From positions 1 through 48,301 of the forward strand of contig CAYPVP010000003.1 of the NCBI GenBank assembly GCA_964414205.1: DNA of 48,301 nt, in the 5' to 3' direction. Shown in pieces: positions 26,418 through 34,667 of this stretch. Source of the DNA: an uncultured Bacteroidaceae bacterium. Lineage in GTDB: Bacteria > Bacillota > Clostridia > Christensenellales > CAG-917. Numbering within the stretch: the stretch's first letter is position 1; each line of letters starts with the position of its first letter. Position numbers and translations under genes: made by a program. Under the pieces are notes generated by a model. That model worked only from the letters and a program-made list of their open reading frames with translations. It was not told the DNA's origin and ran no database searches.

Positions 26418-26487
26418 CTAGGGACGATGTTCGACGTTTGAAATCTTTTTGATGATTATGTTGAATGTGGGACCCTAGTTTTTTTTG
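26418..26487 (+). terminator. Putative riboswitch expression platform/terminator
   Basis: CTAGGG (26418-26423) pairs with CCCTAG (26473-26478), followed by TTTTTTTT (26479-26486). The internal structure is not resolved by eye. Confidence 0.45.
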
Positions 26488-26545
26488 TTTCAAAATTGAC
26501 TCTCACGCAAAACGCAACAAATGAAAAACCGTGGGAGGTATTTTT

Positions 26546-28204
26546 ATGGAAAACAACGAACAAATCGTTGAGCAACAAGAAGAAATTGCAACTGCTCCAA
26601 ACAACAATGGCAAAAAACCATCAAAGTTTGTGAATGCACTTGACAGTTTCTTTCAAATTTCAGCAAACAAGAGTTCATTCCGTGCTGAAACAGTTGGTGG
26701 TCTTACAACATTCTTTGCAATGTGCTACATCTTGATTGTAAACCCAGGTGTTATGACAGGCGAATGGGGTCCAACTCCAATTCATAATGCTGTTTTCATT
26801 GCAACTGCTCTTGGTGCAATCATCGGAACATTGCTCATGGCACTCTACGCAAAAATGCCATTTGCACAAGCACCAGGCATGGGACTCAACGCTTTCTTTA
26901 ATTCAGTTTTCGTTGCAAACGGTGTTGGTTTTGCTGCTGTTAATGCTGGTTCAATTGAAGCATATCAAGGTGGTATGGCTGTTATTTTTGTTGCAGGTCT
27001 TTTGTTTATGCTTTTGTCATTGACAGGACTTCGTGAAAAAATTGCAAAAGCAATGCCTGCATGTTTGAAAACTGCAATCACTGCTGGAATCGGTTTGTTC
27101 ATTGCAAAAATTGGTCTTGGACCAAACGGATTTGGACTTTTGAATGGTGCTGGAAAAGTTGCAAACATGAACTTCTTTACAGGTGGCGCAACATGGTATA
27201 CCTTTGCACCAATTCTTGCTGGACTCATTGGTTTCCTTATGATTGGTTTGCTTTCAAAAACAAAAGCAAGCAAATTCAATGTTATTATTGCAATCATTTC
27301 TTCAACTGCTCTATTCTATTTGTTCAACATTGGAAATAGTGGTGCATACTCTGTATTTACAGGTGGCATTCAAAACCCAATTGATGCTTTCAAAGATTTT
27401 GGCAATTTGGGTATTGGTGCTGCATTCAAGGGCTTCCAATACTGGGATGCAAACATTGCATTGAACCTCGTTTTGCTCATCATCACATTCTGCTTGGTTG
27501 ACATGTTTGATACACTTGGAACACTTCAAGGCGCAGCAACTGAGGCTGACATGCTCGATAGCAAAGGCAACCCAAAAAATCTTGGAAAATGTTTGATGGC
27601 AGACTCAACAGCAACTGTTGTTGGTGGAATTTTCGGAACATCAACTGTCACTACTTTTGTTGAATCGGCTGCTGGTGTTGGTGCTGGTGCAAGAACTGGT
27701 TTCTCTTCACTCATCGTTGCAATTTTGTTCTTTGTTGCAATGTTCCTGTCACCTCTCGCTGCAATCATTCCTGCATGTGCTGTTGGTCCTGCTCTTGTTT
27801 ATGTTGGCGTTTTGATGCTCAAAAACATCATAAATGTTGATTTCAAAGATATGTATTCTGCAATTCCTGCATTCCTTACAGTCATTGTCATGCCTTTGGC
27901 AGGTTCAATTTCTGATGGTATCGGTGTTGGTATGATTGCTTACATGTTCATGAACATCATCAAAGTTCTTTTCTCAAAATATATTGATAGAAAAGCATAT
28001 TTCTCAACTGCAAACATGGTTGAAGGATACAAACAAATTCCTACCAAGTTCAAGAATTTTGCTGCAAAATTCAAGAAAGGTGCAGAAATTGTTGAAATTC
28101 CTGAAATTGAAGATGAAAATGTTGGTGCATTCTGGTCAAAAGATTTGATTATTTATGGTGTTGCAATTCTCTTCATTCTTCGTTTCTTTATGGTTACAAT
28201 GTAA
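26546..28204 (+). CDS. NCS2/AzgA-family purine permease (guanine/hypoxanthine/adenine; PbuG/PbuO-like) with a long C-terminal extension
   Basis: Family-typical N-terminus (FRAETVGGLTTFFAMCYILIVNP) and about 12 or more TM segments. Start at ATG 26546 after GGGAGG. Sits downstream of the guanine riboswitch. Confidence 0.85.
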   Translation: MENNEQIVEQQEEIATAPNNNGKKPSKFVNALDSFFQISANKSSFRAETVGGLTTFFAMCYILIVNPGVMTGEWGPTPIHNAVFIATALGAIIGTLLMALYAKMPFAQAPGMGLNAFFNSVFVANGVGFAAVNAGSIEAYQGGMAVIFVAGLLFMLLSLTGLREKIAKAMPACLKTAITAGIGLFIAKIGLGPNGFGLLNGAGKVANMNFFTGGATWYTFAPILAGLIGFLMIGLLSKTKASKFNVIIAIISSTALFYLFNIGNSGAYSVFTGGIQNPIDAFKDFGNLGIGAAFKGFQYWDANIALNLVLLIITFCLVDMFDTLGTLQGAATEADMLDSKGNPKNLGKCLMADSTATVVGGIFGTSTVTTFVESAAGVGAGARTGFSSLIVAILFFVAMFLSPLAAIIPACAVGPALVYVGVLMLKNIINVDFKDMYSAIPAFLTVIVMPLAGSISDGIGVGMIAYMFMNIIKVLFSKYIDRKAYFSTANMVEGYKQIPTKFKNFAAKFKKGAEIVEIPEIEDENVGAFWSKDLIIYGVAILFILRFFMVTM

Positions 28205-28232
28205 TCAAAACGAACACAATTCAAAACAATAC

Positions 28233-28264
28233 AAAAAAAGGCTACGCATTGCGTGGCCTTTTTG
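28233..28264 (+). terminator. Rho-independent terminator
   Basis: GGCTACGC-ATT-GCGTGGCC hairpin (one G-U pair) followed by TTTTT, with an A-run upstream. Confidence 0.8.
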
Positions 28265-28690
28265 CATTCTTTCATTCCACTTTCCACAAGAGGCAAAAAG
28301 TTAAATAGTAAAAAGTTAAGAGTCAAAGTCAAAGAGAAAAGAAAAAAGAGTCGAATAATTAAAGAGTCAAAAGTTAAAAGTTAAAAGTTAAAATTCAAGA
28401 GTCAAAGATTCAAGAGTAAAATATTTATAAATAAAATGCGACATATATGTTGCAAGTCACACAAGCATCAAAGTGTCACAAATTTGCAATGAAAAAGACA
28501 ATCAAAATGCAAAACCAAAATTAGAAAGTGGAAAGTGCAACAAAAATGTGGAAATCTCAAAAATTTGCAAATCTTCAAACTTTCATTGGCGACAACAAAG
28601 TTGAATTGCAGATTTGTTGTTTTGCTTGCTAATGTCTTTATGATATATTATAATATAGTAATTAAATTTGAATTGGAGTATTGAGTTGCT

Positions 28691-30832
28691 ATGGCAAAGA
28701 GATTGACAGAAGAAAAGAAAATCACAGACTTTTTTGCATCAGATGTTTTCACGGACAGTGTTATGCGTGAAACCATGCAGGCTCAGGACTATGATGCCTT
28801 GCGAAAAGTCATTGATGATGGTGGACAACTTGAAATGGACCTTGCTGACAAAGTTGCAAATGCAATGAAAGATTGGGCAATGTCAAAAGGCGCAACTCAC
28901 TATACTCACTGGTTTCAACCATTGACAGGGGCAACTGCCGAAAAGCATGATGCTTTCATTTCGATTGACAGTGATGGCAAAACCATTTTGGAATTTTCTG
29001 GCAAAGAACTTTCAAAAGGGGAAGCCGATGCTTCAAGTTTTCCATCTGGTGGCATAAGAGCAACATTTGAGGCTCGTGGCTACACTGTTTGGGATGTCAG
29101 TTCTCCTGCATTTTTGAAAAAGTCAGAAGGTGGTGCAAGTGTTTTGTGCATTCCGACTGCATTTTGTTCCTACACAGGCGAAGTTCTCGACAAAAAGACT
29201 CCGTTGCTTCGTTCAATGGTCGCGCTCGACAAAGAGGGAAGAAGACTTTTGAAACTCTTGGGAATTGAAAGCAACAAAGTCTATTCAAATGTTGGGGGCG
29301 AACAAGAATATTTTCTCGTTGACAAAGAAATGTATAAAAGACGTGATGATTTGCGTTTTACTGGTCGCACAATTTTTGGCGCTCCTGCTCCAAAGGGACA
29401 AGAAAAAAATGACCAATACTATGCAAACATTCGTGAAAGAGTTCTAAACTACATGGCAGATTTGAATGAGGCATTGTGGAAACTTGGAATCAACGCCAAA
29501 ACACAACACAATGAAGCAGCACCTGCTCAACATGAACTTGCACCAATCTACAACAGTTGCAACATTGCAACCGACCAAAACCAACTCACAATGGAAATCA
29601 TGAAGAAAGTTGCTGACAGACACGGACTGACATGTTTGCTTCATGAAAAGCCATTTGCAGGAGTCAACGGAAGTGGAAAGCACAACAACTGGTCACTTTG
29701 CACAGCCGAAGGTGAAAACTTGCTGAAACCTGGCAAAACACCTGAAAGCAACAGAGTTTTCTTGTTGTTTTTGCTTGCTGTCATTGGTGGTGTTGATGAA
29801 TTTCAAGACCTCATTCGCATGAGTGCTTCAAATGCAGGCAACGACAGACGACTTGGTGGAAACGAAGCACCTCCTGCAATCATTTCAGTTTACATTGGCG
29901 ACCGTTTGGAGGCAATGTTTGAAAACTTGGAAAGTGGTGCACAAGGCATAAACAAAATCAAAGAATATTTGAAAATGGGCATTCCAAACAGCCCAAAACT
30001 CAAAAAAGATGACAGTGACAGAAACCGAACATCTCCATTTGCATTCACAGGAAACAAATTTGAATTCAGAATGGTTGGTTCATCACAATCTCTTGCAACT
30101 CCAAACATTGTGTTGAACACTGTTGTGGCAGAAATGCTTTCACGCATCAGTCAAGAAATTGAAACTGCACTTCAAGAAACAAACAATTCATGTGACATTG
30201 ACCATATTGTTTCAACAATCATCATGAACTGGACAAAGAAATATCGCCGAATTATGTTCAATGGCAACAACTATTCTGATGCTTGGAGAATAGAAGCAAA
30301 AGAAAGAGGACTTTCTGAAATCAACAACTGTGTTGATGCCTATGAAGTCATGATTCGCCAAGATGTCATTACAATGTTTGAGCGTCAAGGCGTTTTGAAT
30401 GAAAAAGAAAGTGTGGCTCGACATGAAATCTATTTGTCAGAATATTCAAAAACTATAAACATCGAAGGCTTGACTGCATTGTCGATTGCAAAAACTCAAA
30501 TTTTGCCAACAGCAATGCGCTATCAAGGCAAAATTGCAAAACAAGCCTACCACTTGAAACAACTTGACAAAGCGTTTGCAAAAACTCAAATGAAAGTTCT
30601 CAACGATTTTGAGCAAAAAATTGAACAACTTGACAAAGACATTGTTGCACTTGAAAACGCACTTGACATTGCAACTTCGACTTTGGAAGTCAGAAGCAAA
30701 GCCGTTGCCTATCGTGACTTGGTTGTCACCTCGATTGACAGCATGAGAAAAACAGTTGATGCTTTGCAACTTGTGACAGACAAGAAAGAATGGCCATATC
30801 CAACCTATTCTGACTTGTTATTTTATGAATAA
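28691..30832 (+). CDS. glnN: Glutamine synthetase type III
   Basis: 713 aa, the GSIII size class. Carries blocks HNEAAPAQHELAPIY and GVNGSGKHNNWSL, which are characteristic of GlnN-type enzymes. Confidence 0.85.
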   Translation: MAKRLTEEKKITDFFASDVFTDSVMRETMQAQDYDALRKVIDDGGQLEMDLADKVANAMKDWAMSKGATHYTHWFQPLTGATAEKHDAFISIDSDGKTILEFSGKELSKGEADASSFPSGGIRATFEARGYTVWDVSSPAFLKKSEGGASVLCIPTAFCSYTGEVLDKKTPLLRSMVALDKEGRRLLKLLGIESNKVYSNVGGEQEYFLVDKEMYKRRDDLRFTGRTIFGAPAPKGQEKNDQYYANIRERVLNYMADLNEALWKLGINAKTQHNEAAPAQHELAPIYNSCNIATDQNQLTMEIMKKVADRHGLTCLLHEKPFAGVNGSGKHNNWSLCTAEGENLLKPGKTPESNRVFLLFLLAVIGGVDEFQDLIRMSASNAGNDRRLGGNEAPPAIISVYIGDRLEAMFENLESGAQGINKIKEYLKMGIPNSPKLKKDDSDRNRTSPFAFTGNKFEFRMVGSSQSLATPNIVLNTVVAEMLSRISQEIETALQETNNSCDIDHIVSTIIMNWTKKYRRIMFNGNNYSDAWRIEAKERGLSEINNCVDAYEVMIRQDVITMFERQGVLNEKESVARHEIYLSEYSKTINIEGLTALSIAKTQILPTAMRYQGKIAKQAYHLKQLDKAFAKTQMKVLNDFEQKIEQLDKDIVALENALDIATSTLEVRSKAVAYRDLVVTSIDSMRKTVDALQLVTDKKEWPYPTYSDLLFYE

Positions 30833-30837
30833 GAAAT

Positions 30838-32346
30838 ATGAAACTTTATAGACGCAACAAAAAACAAGCCATTGAACTTGAAAACGAAGCCCAAAAAGAA
30901 GTCATCGAAGAAAAACCTGTCGATGAGTTTTTGGGTGGAGAATATTTTCCTAGTGACGAAATTTCACAAGATGAGTTGATTGACAGTGTAGATTTTTTGG
31001 AGTCAACTCACAACAAATTGAATGCCAACCCTTCAAGAATTGGTGGAAGTTTGGGTGAAAAAAGAACGGCAAGACAAATTAGGGACATTTGTTCAAATGA
31101 AATTGGAATTTTGTCCAGAATGGAATCGTTCAACACAAATTTTTGGTGTGGAAAAGCCAGCATTTTGTTGTTTGGAATTGGCTATGCCGTTGCATTTTTG
31201 TTCTATTTGATTTCTTTTGCTTTTGATGGTGCAGTGGGAATTGCATTTTCGTTTTTTGTTGGACTGTTTGCACTTTGTGATTTTATTTTTGCAATGATGA
31301 GTGTGTTAGGTTTTGATTTTTCAAAAAAAGTTAGAACCAAAAAAACTTCGTATAATGTGATATCATTTTTGAAGCCACGCAATGCTTCAATCACCACTGA
31401 TGAAAATGGTGATGTTCAGTCCAAAATTGGCAAAAAACTTTTGTTGGTTGCTGGTTATGATGGAAAATTTGGAAACAATTTTGACACAAAACCAAAATTT
31501 ATGGAAATTGGAGTTTTGTGTTCAATTTGTTCATCGGCAATGTTTTTGATTTTTTGTTTGCTGAGAACTTGTTTGGGAGTCAACAATGTTGCAAAAATTG
31601 TGACATTGGTTGTTTTGCCAACCTTGTTTGTTGTGCCTGCAATTTTCTTTTTGGTGTCATATGTGTCATTTTCAAAAAGAAAAATAATTGAAAACAATGA
31701 AATTTCAGTTGCCACATCTTTGGCAGTTTTAAAATTTTTGAAAGATGAATGTCGTGTTCCAGATGATTCAGCAGTTGGCTTTGTTGCATTTGGTTCAGAA
31801 AGTTTTGGCAACAAGGGAGCAAAGGCTTTTCTTGATGCCTACAAAGATTCTGAATTGCTCAAAGGAGCAACTGTTTTGAATGTTTCAGAATTGCTCAACG
31901 GAAAAATGAAAGTTGTTGGCACTGACAAATTGCGAAAAATTGAAAATGATTCTCACCTTGCCAACTTGACTTATGATGTATGCACTCAAAAGGATTTTGA
32001 CATAGAAAAATATGATGGAATTCAACATTCGTTTTATGGCTATTCATCAAATATTTTTGCCAAAGCAGGTTTCAAAACATTGACACTGACAGCAAAAGAC
32101 ACCTCTGTCAATTTGTTGAAAGAAAATTGTGAAGAAGACATTGAAAGACAAACATTGGAAAACAATTTCTCATTGATTGCAAGTGTGGCAATGGCAATTT
32201 TGCAAGAAAAAGAGCCTGTCGAAAAAATTCAAAAGTTTGTTGCAAATGAAGATGTTTGCACAAATCAATCTGAACAAACCACAGAAATTGCAAAAATTGA
32301 AAACAACGAGAAAACAAATTCGACAAAATCTGACAAAGAGAATTGA
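30838..32346 (+). CDS. Multi-pass membrane protein of unknown function, with weak and degenerate M28-peptidase-like motifs
   Basis: 502-aa ORF starting 6 nt after the glnN stop. It has two clusters of TM helices. Segments RIGGSLGEKRTARQIRD, LLLVAGYDG, ENNEISVATSLAVLKFL and VGFVAFGSESFGNKGAKAF resemble M28 blocks, but the metal ligands appear substituted. The alignment was done by eye only. Confidence 0.5.
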   Translation: MKLYRRNKKQAIELENEAQKEVIEEKPVDEFLGGEYFPSDEISQDELIDSVDFLESTHNKLNANPSRIGGSLGEKRTARQIRDICSNEIGILSRMESFNTNFWCGKASILLFGIGYAVAFLFYLISFAFDGAVGIAFSFFVGLFALCDFIFAMMSVLGFDFSKKVRTKKTSYNVISFLKPRNASITTDENGDVQSKIGKKLLLVAGYDGKFGNNFDTKPKFMEIGVLCSICSSAMFLIFCLLRTCLGVNNVAKIVTLVVLPTLFVVPAIFFLVSYVSFSKRKIIENNEISVATSLAVLKFLKDECRVPDDSAVGFVAFGSESFGNKGAKAFLDAYKDSELLKGATVLNVSELLNGKMKVVGTDKLRKIENDSHLANLTYDVCTQKDFDIEKYDGIQHSFYGYSSNIFAKAGFKTLTLTAKDTSVNLLKENCEEDIERQTLENNFSLIASVAMAILQEKEPVEKIQKFVANEDVCTNQSEQTTEIAKIENNEKTNSTKSDKEN

Positions 32347-32607
32347 AAAAATTCTTCAAAGAAGAAAAAAAATCAAAAAAAGCAAAGAATTGCATGAAAC
32401 AAAACAAAATGCCATTGACAAAAAGTCGTATAAAGTGCAATATATAATCAATTTAACATCTAGAAAAGCAGGCAAAAAGAAAATTTTTTTTAATTCAACA
32501 GTAAAAAAACAAAAAAATAAAAACATTTCAACAGTCCAATTTGTTGGACAATAGTTTTTCATACTTTCTTTACAATGAAATCAACAAAAACTAAGGAGAA
32601 ATGGAAA

Positions 32608-32973
32608 ATGTATTTTGAAATTGGGTTGAAATGTGGTAGTTTTGCAAATGGAGAATATTTTAGAGTGAATGTTCCTGTTTTTGCTGAAAAAATGGTTGAT
32701 GCAATCATTTTGGCAGAAAAATTTGAGTTTGCAAACAAAAAATGTGAAAATCTTGTCATCGATGCAAGGGAAATTGATTTTGCAAGATTTTGTGAATTGA
32801 AAAACGATTTGCGACGTGACGAAGTTTTGAAATGCAAAACATCACGTGACCAAAGATTTTATGCTGTCTTATCTCATAGATTTGTTAGAGAATTTGAATT
32901 GAAGAGGGAAAATTGCAAAAAAATTGAAAAATTCAATGAGGTTATGTGTTGTTGCAATTTTAAAGCAGCATAA
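32608..32973 (+). CDS. Hypothetical small protein (121 aa), probably co-transcribed with the WYL regulator
   Basis: ATG 32608 is preceded by AAGGAGA at 8-nt spacing. It ends 21 nt before the WYL gene. I recognise no motif. Confidence 0.55.
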   Translation: MYFEIGLKCGSFANGEYFRVNVPVFAEKMVDAIILAEKFEFANKKCENLVIDAREIDFARFCELKNDLRRDEVLKCKTSRDQRFYAVLSHRFVREFELKRENCKKIEKFNEVMCCCNFKAA

Positions 32974-32994
32974 AACTACATTCAAGGAGTACTG

Positions 32995-33990
32995 ATGGCA
33001 AAAGGTAACAATCAGAAAATCAAAATTATCAAATTGTTGGAAATTTTGAATTCCGAAAGTGATGAAAAGCATCCAATTACAACTCAACAACTTGTGTTGC
33101 GTCTAAATTCAATGGATATTGATGTGGAAAGGAAAACGGTCTATGATGATGTCAATGCTTTGATAACATGTGGCTTTGACATTGTTTCAACAAAGATTGG
33201 ACATTCAAATGCCTATTATATTGGCAGTAGAAAATTTGAACTTTCTGAAATCAAAATTTTGCTTGATGCTGTTGAATCTGCTTCGTTCATAACCGAAAAA
33301 AAATCAAAAGTTTTGTCGCAAAAATTGCTTGAACTTGTCGATGTGCACAATGCTGAAATGCTTGAAAAACAAGTGTTGTTTGACAATGTTGTGAAACATA
33401 GCAATGAAAAAATCTATTATAATGTTGATGCAATTTCAAATGCTATCATTGAAGAAAAAAGAATTGAATTTTGCTATTTTGTTCATGATGTTGATGGCAA
33501 CATAGTTTTGAAACGCAATGGAGCAAAATATCTTGTTTCTCCATGGAAATTGATTTTTACTGAAAACAACTACTACCTTATTGGAGTTTTGGAAGAAGAA
33601 AAAGAGTTTAGACATTTTAGACTTGACAGAATGCAAAGTGTGGAAATTTTGGAAAGCAAAATTTGTGAAACCGTTGCAAGAGAAAAAAGACGAATTGTTG
33701 GAGACACCAAACGCATTTTTTCAATGTTTAAAGGTGAAGAAAAAACAGTTGAACTTGTTGCTGACAACACTCTTGTTGATGTCATCATGGACAAATTTGG
33801 TGAAAACATAAAAATGACAAAACTGAATGAAAAACAGTTTTCTGTCTTGGTGAGAGTGGAAATCAGCGATATGTTTTTTGCTTGGTGTTTTGGTGTTGGC
33901 GAAAAATTGAAAATCAATGCGCCATTTGAAGTTGTAAATGCGTTTAAAGAAAAATTTGTTTCCTATCAAAAACATTGCTTTGAAACCTAA
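32995..33990 (+). CDS. WYL-domain transcriptional regulator (wHTH, WYL and C-terminal extension)
   Basis: N-terminal wHTH (IIKLLEILNSESDEKHPITTQQLVLRL). WYL domain (VSPWKLIFTENNYYLIGVLEEEKEFRHFRLDRMQSVEIL). AAGGAG RBS. Confidence 0.85.
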   Translation: MAKGNNQKIKIIKLLEILNSESDEKHPITTQQLVLRLNSMDIDVERKTVYDDVNALITCGFDIVSTKIGHSNAYYIGSRKFELSEIKILLDAVESASFITEKKSKVLSQKLLELVDVHNAEMLEKQVLFDNVVKHSNEKIYYNVDAISNAIIEEKRIEFCYFVHDVDGNIVLKRNGAKYLVSPWKLIFTENNYYLIGVLEEEKEFRHFRLDRMQSVEILESKICETVAREKRRIVGDTKRIFSMFKGEEKTVELVADNTLVDVIMDKFGENIKMTKLNEKQFSVLVRVEISDMFFAWCFGVGEKLKINAPFEVVNAFKEKFVSYQKHCFET

Positions 33991-34122
33991 ATACATTTTC
34001 AAATAGATTTTCAAAACATTTTGCAGAACAAAGAAAAATTCACAAAGGCATAAAAAGTTGCGCAAAAACTTTGCAGGATAGATTGTCACACAACTATTTT
34101 TGCTGTATAATTCCTTTGTCGC

Positions 34123-34196
34123 TGGGATATGGTGTAGTGGTAGCACAAAGGTCTCTGACTCCTTTGGTGTAGGTTCGATTCCTATTATCCCTGCCA
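34123..34196 (+). tRNA. tRNA-Gln (anticodon CUG), genomically encoded CCA
   Basis: 74-nt cloverleaf folded by hand. Acceptor TGGGATA/TATCCCT, D arm GTGT-AGTGGTA-GCAC, anticodon loop CTCTGAC, T arm GTAGG-TTCGATT-CCTAT, discriminator G plus CCA. Positions 1/72 are U/U and 31/39 are U/U. Confidence 0.8.
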
Positions 34197-34204
34197 AAAA
34201 AGCC

Positions 34205-34248
34205 GTCCAATCAAATCTATTTTAGGTTTGGTTGGACATTTTATTTTA
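34205..34248 (+). terminator. Rho-independent terminator after the tRNA
   Basis: 11-bp stem GTCCAATCAAA / TTTGGTTGGAC (one G-U pair) with an 11-nt loop, followed by ATTTTATTTT. Confidence 0.7.
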
Positions 34249-34475
34249 CAACAGCCGAAAGCAACAACCAACAGCCGAAAGCAATAACCAACAACCAACA
34301 GCCAAAACCAACAACCAACAGCCAAAACCAACAATCAACAGCCAAAACCAACAACCAACAGCCAAAACCAACAACCAACAGCCAAAACCAACAACCAACA
34401 GCCAAAACCAACAATCAACAGCCAAAACCAACAACCAACAGCCAAAACCAACAACCAACAGCCAAAGCCAACAGG
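34249..34475. repeat. Tandem array of about 11 units of a 20-bp A/C-only repeat (CAACAGCCAAAACCAACAAC)
   Basis: Two variant units (CAACAGCCGAAAGCAAyAAC) at 34249-34288 and a 7-nt insert. Eight near-identical units follow from 34296 to 34455 (only C/T variation at the last base), then a partial unit. There are no spacers, so it is not a CRISPR array. Confidence 0.95.
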
Positions 34476-34551
34476 GAAAAGTCAAACGAAATTGAAAATG
34501 CAAAAATGGAAAATTGATAAATAAGTGAGAACACAATAACTTGCATTATGC

Positions 34552-34597
34552 AAAAAAAACAAGCCAATCTTGTCAAAGGCTTGTTTTCTATTTTTTT
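34552..34597. terminator. Bidirectional rho-independent terminator
   Basis: ACAAGCC / GGCTTGT stem (34559-34584) with AAAAAAA upstream and TTTCTATTTTTTT downstream. Confidence 0.75.
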
Positions 34598-34667
34598 GCT
34601 TGTTCCATGTGGCTTAATCGATTCGACTTTGCATTGAAATCAATTCTTTTGAAATTTGTTTTGCTAC

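Noticed and set aside
26302-26493. 63-aa minus-strand ORF in the track
   Set aside because: It lies exactly over the guanine riboswitch aptamer and its U-tract on the opposite strand. It has no RBS, so I treat it as an artefact.
28274-28540. 10-nt inverted repeat (CACTTTCCAC / GTGGAAAGTG) flanking the purine-rich tract
   Set aside because: A single 10-mer match within 300 bp is expected many times by chance in 48 kb of biased sequence.
32177-32554. 125-aa Lys-rich plus-strand ORF
   Set aside because: It overlaps the 3' end of the 30838..32346 CDS out of frame, then continues through an A-rich spacer. The poly-Lys content reflects the A-runs.
33721-34197. 158-aa minus-strand ORF
   Set aside because: Its N-terminus (MAGIIGIEPTPKE...) is the reverse translation of the tRNA-Gln gene. 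The rest runs antisense to the 3' end of the WYL gene and the spacer. This is a classic tRNA shadow ORF.
32534-34237. Shared GTCCAAT...TTGGAC hairpins (32534-32549 and 34205-34237) as flanking inverted repeats of a mobile cassette around the WYL genes
   Set aside because: The shared sequence is only 6-7 nt and each copy is a local hairpin (terminator-like). Matches of this size are expected by chance, and there is no integrase or direct-repeat duplication.
34249-34475. Possible CRISPR array
   Set aside because: The units are contiguous with no unique spacers, and there are no cas genes. It is a plain tandem repeat.
34232-34536. 87-aa plus-strand (Q/P/T/N-rich) and 96-aa minus-strand (W/L/G/C/V/F-rich) ORFs across the 20-bp array
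   Set aside because: The array has almost no T on the plus strand, so stop codons cannot arise in several frames. The repeat period (20) is not a multiple of 3. The plus ORF starts at a TTG inside the terminator stem. I keep it as a repeat finding, not a CDS.
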